DNA of 43,608 bases from an uncultured Methanosarcinales archaeon. GTDB lineage: Archaea > Nanobdellota > Nanobdellia > Woesearchaeales > UBA583. Position numbers and translations under genes: made by a program. Positions 36,985 through 43,608 of the stretch are shown here, piece by piece. Under the pieces are notes generated by a model that saw nothing but the letters and a program-made list of their open reading frames with translations, made no database searches and was not told where the DNA came from. The stretch covers positions 762-44,369 of the forward strand of contig CAZLRR010000001.1 of assembly GCA_964562045.1 (NCBI GenBank), in the 5' to 3' direction. Numbering within the stretch: position 1 is the stretch's first letter; the number at the start of each line of letters is the position of its first letter.

Positions 36985-37371
36985 ATGAAAAGTGTTAGTG
37001 TTAAAACAAACCAGGAGAAGGAATTTATTGAAATTACTAAGGAAGTTCAAAAACAGATTCCAGAAAATTTTGAGGGGGCGGTTTTAGTTTCTACATCGCA
37101 TACTACTGCCGCGATTACTATTAATGAGAATGCTGATCCTGATGTTCAATCTGATATGATTAAGAAGTTCAAGGAAATTTCTTCTGATTCTCGATATAAA
37201 CATTTCGAGGGAAATAGTGATTCGCATGTTTTGAGTTCTTTGGTTGGAAGTTCTGAAATAGTTCCAATTAATGAAGGAGAATTAGTTTTAGGAAGATGGC
37301 AAGGAATTTATTTTTGCGAGTTTGATGGACCACGAGAGAGAAAAGTTAATTTGACTTTCTTGAGAACTTAA
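36985..37371 (+). CDS. yjbQ: YjbQ/UPF0047 family protein
   Basis: HTTAAITINENADPDV; H.EGNSDSH; LGRWQGIYFCEFDGPR. Confidence 0.93.
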   Translation: MKSVSVKTNQEKEFIEITKEVQKQIPENFEGAVLVSTSHTTAAITINENADPDVQSDMIKKFKEISSDSRYKHFEGNSDSHVLSSLVGSSEIVPINEGELVLGRWQGIYFCEFDGPRERKVNLTFLRT

Positions 37372-37382
37372 CTTTTTATATT

Positions 37383-38039
37383 TTATTTATACCTTCTTAA
37401 TTCTTCTCCGTGCAGAACGTAATGTTGAAGCTCTACTGGCCTCCAACTATCTTCTATTAAGTCTGCTCTGAGCCATTTTGAGAGTTCTTTTGCATTTCCA
37501 ATTGTTGCAGAGAGTCCAACGATTCTAATTTTTGGAAATTTGGTTTTGAAGATGCTTAGAAGAATTTCAAGAGTTGGGCCCCTTGATTCGTCATTTAAAA
37601 GGTGAATTTCATCAACTATTAATAGTCCGATTCCGTCTAGGATTTTTTTATCATGACGAATTAAAGAGTCTAGTTTTTCGGAGGTTACAATTAAAATGTC
37701 GAATTCGTAATTATAGGTTTCTGATTGCAGATCTCCCACAGAAATTCTAATGTTAAAATCTTCCCCATAATATTGTTTGAAATCTTTGAATTTTTCTGCA
37801 GCTAAGGCTTTTAGTGGGACAATATATAGAACTTTCTTTTTTTTGTTTAAGAGAACATCAAGCATTGCAAGCTCGGCCACAAAAGTTTTTCCGGAGGCGG
37901 TTGGAGAACATACAATTTGATTATGGTTATTTTCGAAAAGTCCTTTTTCTATTGATTTTTCCTGAGAAGGTCTTAATTCTTCGATGTTTTGTTTTTTGAG
38001 ATATTTTCTAATATTTTCAGGAATTTTTTCAACTGACAT
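37383..38039 (-). CDS. Ski2/Hel308-like DEAD/DEAH helicase, N-terminal RecA1 domain only
   Basis: LRPSQ; SPTASGKT; PLKALA; DEIH; RGPTLE; GLSAT; ends soon after WRPVEL. Confidence 0.85.
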   Translation of the reverse strand: MSVEKIPENIRKYLKKQNIEELRPSQEKSIEKGLFENNHNQIVCSPTASGKTFVAELAMLDVLLNKKKKVLYIVPLKALAAEKFKDFKQYYGEDFNIRISVGDLQSETYNYEFDILIVTSEKLDSLIRHDKKILDGIGLLIVDEIHLLNDESRGPTLEILLSIFKTKFPKIRIVGLSATIGNAKELSKWLRADLIEDSWRPVELQHYVLHGEELRRYK

Positions 38040-38081
38040 CTAATTAGGGTAGGTTAGGAATGTTTATTAAGTTAATGGTAA

Positions 38082-40001
38082 TCACATCAACTTCTTTAAA
38101 ATTTGACTAATTGCTTTCCCGTCAACTTTTCCCCCAAAAGCTTTCATTGCGTGTCCCATTAAAGCTCCAAATGGAGCGCCTTTATTTTTTTCTACGATTT
38201 CTTTTAGTTTTGTTTCTATTTCTTTTGAATCTATTTCGTCTCCAAGAAGACCTTTTTCTTCAATGTAATTTTTTAGGTTTGAAATTTCACAAAGTTTGTC
38301 TTTGTATAAGGAAACGAAAATGTCACGAATTGTTTTTTGAGTTAGGTTGTTTTCTGTCGATATCTTTAATAAGTCTTCAAGCAAAGTTTCTTTGAAATCA
38401 ATTGGTTCTAAATTGTCTCTTTTTTTGATGTCTTTTGGAAGTTCGAAAATTATTGAATAGAGTGCAGAAGCTGATTTTGTGGAAACGTTCAAAAGTTTTT
38501 TTATGCTTGTTTCATCGTATTTTGAGAGGATTTCTAAAATTTTTGCTTCTTCTAAATTTAGTTCTTTTTTTAGTCTTTCTATTTTGTTGTCATAGAGTTC
38601 GGGAAGCTTGAGTTTTTCAATTTCTTTTTTGTTAATTTCTATTTCTGGAATGTCAGTTTCTGGATACATTCTAGCGCTTCCGGGCATAGGTCTTAAGTGT
38701 TTTGTTAGAGTGCCTTTTGGATCTACTTGTCTAACTTCGCTTGGAACTCCGAGGATAAAATCTGGGAGTATTTCAACTATTGTTTTAAGGGCTGATTCTG
38801 CAATTTCTTTTTTTTGTGCGATTAAAATAAATGAGTCTTCTTTTTTGTTTTTTAGATGTTTGTGGATTTTGTCAACTTCTTCTTGCGTTATTCCATATTT
38901 TGGGAGTTCATCGCTATGGAATAAACCTTTAATTTGGTGAAATTGTTGTTTTACTCTATCACTTATCTCTGTTGCAAATCTGTAATTTTCTTGAATTTCG
39001 TGCCCAAGAATTCCTTTGAATCCGAATAATTTTAGCGCTAAGATTTTTGAGCCTTTTTCTTCTAGATTTGATTTTAATACTTTGGATTCTGTATTTTTTA
39101 GAAGAGTTGTTAAGTCGTAAATTTCATAGTCTGAAAAGTTGTCTGCGTTAACTTTTCTTTGTTTTAGTAAGTCTTTTATTGAGAGTAAAATTTTTTGTCT
39201 TCTGATTTCACCTTTAATTACTTCTGGAATTAGTTTTAGATTTTGTGCACCTTTTATCTCTATTCTTGTTCCGCCAGAAATTGATACGTTTAAATCTTGA
39301 CGAATTGTTCCAATTCCTCTTTTTGTTTCGTTAAATGATCTTAAGATGTTTCCGATTTGAAGTGCTGCTGCTTGTGCTTCTTCTGGATTGTGAAGGTTTG
39401 GTCCAGTAGTTATTTCAATCAATGGAATTCCTTGTCTATCTAGTGCGAAAACAGTTTTATTCCCGTGTTTTTCAACGATTTTTGAAGCATCTTCTTCTAG
39501 GTTTACTCCATCTATTGAAATCGTTCCAGCTTTTGTTTCTAAATGCCCTCCAAATCCAAGCATTGCTGTTCTTTGGTATCCTGAAACTACTGAACCATTA
39601 ATGATTAGTTTTCGCATGAATTGGATTTTGTCAAAGAGTTTTAAGTTTAGCATTTTTGAAACTTTTAATACTGTTTGTAATGCTTTGGGGTTTGGTCCTT
39701 TTGGGGGCTCTTCGTCTAAATCAACTAAACATGCACATTTGTCGTTGTAAATGTATTCGAAGGTTTTTCCTTTTTTGAATTCTGAAAGTGCTGCTTTGTC
39801 AATCTCTCCTGTTTCAGAGAGTGAGAATCTAAGTTTTCTCTCAATTTTTTTATCCATATCTTTGTTTGGTAAAATGTTTGATGGACATGTGCAGAAAAGT
39901 TTTCCCGTGTCTAGTTGTTGATGAATTTCAAGTCCACAGATTAACCCAAGTTTTTCATAGTCAAGATTTTTCAAAGAATCAAGTGTAATTAATTTACTCA
40001 T
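38082..40001 (-). CDS. gatE: Glu-tRNA(Gln) amidotransferase subunit E
   Basis: GLEIHQQL.T.KLFC; DEEPP; LDRQGIPLIEI.T; GIGTIRQDLNVSI; FHSDELP.YGIT; RPMPGSARMYPETDIP. Confidence 0.96.
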   Translation of the reverse strand: MSKLITLDSLKNLDYEKLGLICGLEIHQQLDTGKLFCTCPSNILPNKDMDKKIERKLRFSLSETGEIDKAALSEFKKGKTFEYIYNDKCACLVDLDEEPPKGPNPKALQTVLKVSKMLNLKLFDKIQFMRKLIINGSVVSGYQRTAMLGFGGHLETKAGTISIDGVNLEEDASKIVEKHGNKTVFALDRQGIPLIEITTGPNLHNPEEAQAAALQIGNILRSFNETKRGIGTIRQDLNVSISGGTRIEIKGAQNLKLIPEVIKGEIRRQKILLSIKDLLKQRKVNADNFSDYEIYDLTTLLKNTESKVLKSNLEEKGSKILALKLFGFKGILGHEIQENYRFATEISDRVKQQFHQIKGLFHSDELPKYGITQEEVDKIHKHLKNKKEDSFILIAQKKEIAESALKTIVEILPDFILGVPSEVRQVDPKGTLTKHLRPMPGSARMYPETDIPEIEINKKEIEKLKLPELYDNKIERLKKELNLEEAKILEILSKYDETSIKKLLNVSTKSASALYSIIFELPKDIKKRDNLEPIDFKETLLEDLLKISTENNLTQKTIRDIFVSLYKDKLCEISNLKNYIEEKGLLGDEIDSKEIETKLKEIVEKNKGAPFGALMGHAMKAFGGKVDGKAISQILKKLM

Positions 40002-40102
40002 AAACTTAGATAAAAGTAAATACTATATAAATTTTATTAATAAAAAACAAGAAGAAAAAATAAGGAGTCAGTAGAAATAGCAAAAACCAAAAATATAAAA
40101 TT

Positions 40103-40175
40103 CTAGCAATTTTTTGCTAGTTCGAGGCGTTTGGTTCTGTAGTGTATATTCATACATAAAGAACCAAACAACGAA
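40103..40175. other. Intergenic double hairpin
   Basis: CTAGCAA/TTGCTAG (40103-40120); GTTTGGTTCT/AGAACCAAAC (40129-40169) with outer TTCG/CGAA. Confidence 0.5.
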
Positions 40176-40199
40176 GAAATAGTGAAAAAGGGCAGAATT

Positions 40200-40391
40200 T
40201 TATTTGAAAGCTGCTACTGTGTCAATCATATCTACGTGAGACATAACTGCTCCTCTACAACAAAATCTTTCAAGTTTTAGCTCGTCAAGAGCTTCTTTAA
40301 TTGATTTGCCTGATTTTAGAAGTTCTTGGTATTTTTCCCATTTACTTCCGATTGGTTTACCACATGAAAAACATCTTACTGGAATTATCAT
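40200..40391 (-). CDS. rpo10: RNA polymerase subunit N (Rpo10)
   Basis: [12 protein letters not shown]...LDEL.L.RFCCR signature. Confidence 0.97.
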   Translation of the reverse strand: MIIPVRCFSCGKPIGSKWEKYQELLKSGKSIKEALDELKLERFCCRGAVMSHVDMIDTVAAFK

Positions 40392-40422
40392 ACTATATAA
40401 GAACTAAAAAGTATTTATAAAT

Positions 40423-43400
40423 TTAATCAAAGACATAATTTATTAGCATTGAGGAATAAACTCTCGGATGTCCTTTTCTAATTAATGCGTTTAAAGTTGC
40501 AGACTTGGTCATTCCTTTATCTTTTAATGATTGAATTAGTCCTAAAAGTTGGTTTTCATAAGCGGCAGAATGATTTACATAATCCTGAAGTGTGTAATTT
40601 TCTGGAGCGAGAATTTCAAGTTTTACTCTTAAGTCTGAAATCTGATCTCTTACGTCTGAGAGTTCAGATTCCATTTGATTTTTCATTCTTGTTAGTGTTT
40701 CGAGCTGTTTGTTTGATTCAGTTAGTGCAAAGTTTGATCTTGTTAGAGAGTTATCTACTTGAGAGGTTTTTTCTCCAAGAACTTTATTTACATCTTTTAT
40801 TAGAGATTCTATTTCATCAACAATAACTCCTTTGAATGTTTGGAAGTCAGCATCTATTCCTAAAAATCTTTTGTTTAGTTGTTTTTCAAGTTCGACAAGT
40901 CTTTCTTCAACTTTTTCTTTTAAATCTTCTTCTTTAGCGTAAATGTTTGACATGAATTCGTCTTCTTTTGCTTCCATTAGTTGAAGTTTTGTGTCGATTT
41001 GCTGCACGTTTGAGTTGATTTTTTCTTCAAAATTGTCAAGTATTTTTATTTCTTGGGAGATTTTATCTTGGACAACTTTTAAGTTTTTTTCTATAAACTT
41101 TTGTTCTAGTTTGTTTAGTCTCTCTTGCAGGCATTTGTGCAGGGAAGAAACTTTTTCAGCAAATACGTCTCTGAATGTGTTTTCGTGACGTTCAAAAGCA
41201 TTTTTTTCTTCTTGGAGTGTGTCTTGAAGTGAGGATTTTAATTCTATTGCATGGTCTTCAAGTTCTGCTTTTCGGATTTTGGTTAAGTCTTCAATTGTTG
41301 TGATGAAGTCTGTCTTTTTTTCTTCGAAGTTTTCTTCTTCGTGTTTGATTTTGTCGAGTTCGTCTTGAAGTGTGAGAATGTGTTTTTTTGACATGTCTTC
41401 AAGTTCTATTCTATAATTGTTTAACTCGTTTACTACTTTTTCTCTGTCTGCTTCTATTGAGAGAAGTTTTTCTAAAAATTCTTCTTCTTTCTTTTTTAGT
41501 TCTATGTCAAATGTTGTTATGTGGTTTTGGAATTTTGTTTCGAATTCGGATTTTATGTCGAGGAAACGATTTTCTATTCCTTCAAAGAAATGGAATCTTT
41601 CTTCTTTGTTTTCGGTTTTTAGTCGTATCATTTCGTCGTTGAAACTGATTAAGTCTTTTGAGATTTGTCCTTTTGCTTCGGATCTGAATTCTTCGAATCT
41701 GTTTGTGAATTCCTCGAAGTTTTTTCTTGTGATTTGTGCAACGGAGATTTTAGTGTTTTCTTCTAGTATGTTAAACGAGTCGATTACTTCGTTTGTTTTT
41801 AAAACTATGAAGTCTCTCTCTTTTTGTTTTTGAATTTCGAGATTTTCAAGAGCAGACTCAATTTTTCCTGAGAGTCCTTTGATTTTTTTGTCTAAAGTTT
41901 CTTGTTTTTCTTTGAAATCTTCTATTGTTTCAGATTTGTTTTCTTGAAGTTCTTTTGTGAATTGTTCTTGAAGTGATTTTGCTTTTTTTTCAATTTTTTG
42001 CATTTCGTCTTTGAAGTTTGAAATTGCGTTTTTGTATTCGGTTGATATTTTTTCTTTGAAGTTTTTGGCTTCTTGTTTTGTTTTTTTTGAGTAACCAGTT
42101 TCGAGGTTTGTTAATTTTTTTGATAGAACTTCGTATTGGTCAATTAGGTAGTTGTGCTCAGCTTCTTTTTCTTTTCCGATGTTTTTTATTGCTAGTTCAA
42201 TTTCTTGTTTGTTTTCTTCTATTTTTTGGTCAAAGCTTGAGAGTTTTGTTGCTATGTTTTTTGTTAGTCTTAATTCGATTTCGTCTTTTTCTTTTTTGAG
42301 GTTTGCAAGTACTTCATCAACTTTGTCAAGTTTGTCTATAAATTCGTTTTTTGAAGATTTTTGAATGTCTTTTATTTCAGATTTTAGGGTTTGGATTTCG
42401 GATAAAACTTTTTCTTTGTGTTTTTCGAAGTCTTTTACATCTTTTTGTACTAAGTTTGAGTTTTGAGAAATTTGGTCTGCCAAGAACTTTTCGATTTCTT
42501 CAAATCGTGTTTCGAATTTTTTTGAGAAGTTTTGTTCTAAATCTTGAGAGTCTTTGTTTTGGATTTCTTCGAGTTGTCTTTCGTATGTTGCAAAGTTTTC
42601 AAAGAGGTTTTTTATGTCTTGATTTAGTTTTGTTTTTCCGTTTTCAAATTCTAGTTTTAGGTTTTCGAATTCGGATTTTATTGGATTTATGAATTTTCCT
42701 AGTTCAGTTTCTAGTTGTTTGATTTCTTCTTCTTTTTTTGTGTATAAGTCGTTTTCGTATCTTTCAATTAAAGATTTTGTGGCTTCAAATTCTTTTTGGA
42801 GTTTTAGAATTTTTGAGTCAAATGCAGCTATTTCTTCTGCTTGGGTGTTTGTGTCTTTTGTTTCTTTTTCATTTAGATTTTGAATTGTTTTTTCGAGTTT
42901 TTCAAGTCTTAAGATTAGAGTTTTGGAGTTTGTTGTTTCTTTTGAGCTTTGAACGTCTATTTTTTTTGAGATGTTTTCTATTGCATTGTTTACTTTTTGC
43001 TGAATCATTTCTTCGAAATCTCTTAGGCTGTGTTCTTTTATTCCTCTGAGTTCGGATTTGATGTTGGAGTTAGATTTTAGTGAGTCAATAATTCTAAGTT
43101 CTAGTTCTGAGAGATGTTTTTGGAGTTCTTTTTTTGTTTTGGTGTTTTTTGAGGTGATTTCGGATTTGATTTTTGCAACTTCTATTTCTAAAATTTCGTT
43201 GAATTCTTTGAATACATCAACTTTTAGAGGTTTTATATCTAATTTTTGTAGCATTGGAACTATTTCTTTTAGAATTTCGGATTTTATTGTTAGTGCGAGT
43301 TTTTTTGGAGAGTTTAGTTCTTTTTCGTGAGAGTCTATTCTTTTTGATAGTTGATCTAGGTTTTGCGAGAGAATATCTTTTACTTTCGAGGCTTTTTCTA

Positions 43401-43506
43401 CTTGAGAATTTAGGTTTTTTACGTGTTCAAACGTTTTGTGTAGGATTTCTTTTTCGGAATCTGTTAAGTTTATGTCTTCTTGTTTTTCCGATTTTGCGTT
43501 ACTCAT
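40423..43506 (-). CDS. Very long coiled-coil hypothetical protein
   Basis: 1027 aa, almost entirely E/K/L heptad-like; no Walker motifs or TM segments seen. Confidence 0.8.
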   Translation of the reverse strand: MSNAKSEKQEDINLTDSEKEILHKTFEHVKNLNSQVEKASKVKDILSQNLDQLSKRIDSHEKELNSPKKLALTIKSEILKEIVPMLQKLDIKPLKVDVFKEFNEILEIEVAKIKSEITSKNTKTKKELQKHLSELELRIIDSLKSNSNIKSELRGIKEHSLRDFEEMIQQKVNNAIENISKKIDVQSSKETTNSKTLILRLEKLEKTIQNLNEKETKDTNTQAEEIAAFDSKILKLQKEFEATKSLIERYENDLYTKKEEEIKQLETELGKFINPIKSEFENLKLEFENGKTKLNQDIKNLFENFATYERQLEEIQNKDSQDLEQNFSKKFETRFEEIEKFLADQISQNSNLVQKDVKDFEKHKEKVLSEIQTLKSEIKDIQKSSKNEFIDKLDKVDEVLANLKKEKDEIELRLTKNIATKLSSFDQKIEENKQEIELAIKNIGKEKEAEHNYLIDQYEVLSKKLTNLETGYSKKTKQEAKNFKEKISTEYKNAISNFKDEMQKIEKKAKSLQEQFTKELQENKSETIEDFKEKQETLDKKIKGLSGKIESALENLEIQKQKERDFIVLKTNEVIDSFNILEENTKISVAQITRKNFEEFTNRFEEFRSEAKGQISKDLISFNDEMIRLKTENKEERFHFFEGIENRFLDIKSEFETKFQNHITTFDIELKKKEEEFLEKLLSIEADREKVVNELNNYRIELEDMSKKHILTLQDELDKIKHEEENFEEKKTDFITTIEDLTKIRKAELEDHAIELKSSLQDTLQEEKNAFERHENTFRDVFAEKVSSLHKCLQERLNKLEQKFIEKNLKVVQDKISQEIKILDNFEEKINSNVQQIDTKLQLMEAKEDEFMSNIYAKEEDLKEKVEERLVELEKQLNKRFLGIDADFQTFKGVIVDEIESLIKDVNKVLGEKTSQVDNSLTRSNFALTESNKQLETLTRMKNQMESELSDVRDQISDLRVKLEILAPENYTLQDYVNHSAAYENQLLGLIQSLKDKGMTKSATLNALIRKGHPRVYSSMLINYVFD

Positions 43507-43608
43507 AAGTGTTCTAAAAGAAATGTTTATATAGTTATTATTTATTATACATAAGGAGTTAAAAGTGTTTTTTCCTCGAAAGTATTAGTATTTTTTGTTC
43601 GAATTTTT

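Noticed and set aside
40423-43506. SMC/Rad50 protein
   Set aside because: No Walker A/B or signature motifs and no hinge or hook seen
40485-43508. Many plus-strand ORFs opposite the coiled-coil gene (also opposite leuS, ftsY, gatE, tfb)
   Set aside because: Antisense shadows with F/S/L-rich composition and no motifs

Overview
Low-GC, gene-dense archaeal window. Gene content and protein style point to a DPANN archaeon, probably Woesearchaeota/Nanoarchaeota-like (inference). Housekeeping genes: SRP54 (partial), FtsY, Pth2, GINS-like, LeuRS, GatE, Trm5-family, TFB, two tandem histones, Rpo10, MAP, UppS, bacterial-type GAPDH, PMM/PGM, Nth and tRNA-Cys/Trp/His. There is also a type IV pilus (Tad-like) locus, scattered class III signal-peptide pilins, and a HerA/DUF87 ATPase with a LAGLIDADG intein in its P-loop. 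The most unusual signal is non-coding. All three tRNA genes are followed by short palindromic cassettes that end in a duplicate of that tRNA's own 3' end, starting at the T-loop. The cassette cores are shared between different tRNA loci and are preceded by a short antisense copy of the host T-arm. The same '3'-end duplication + insert' layout occurs at the herA stop and around an ATPase gene in the pilus locus. An IS1595-like MITE and an IS200/IS605-like double hairpin are also present. No integrase, transposase or cas gene is seen. All alignments were done by eye.
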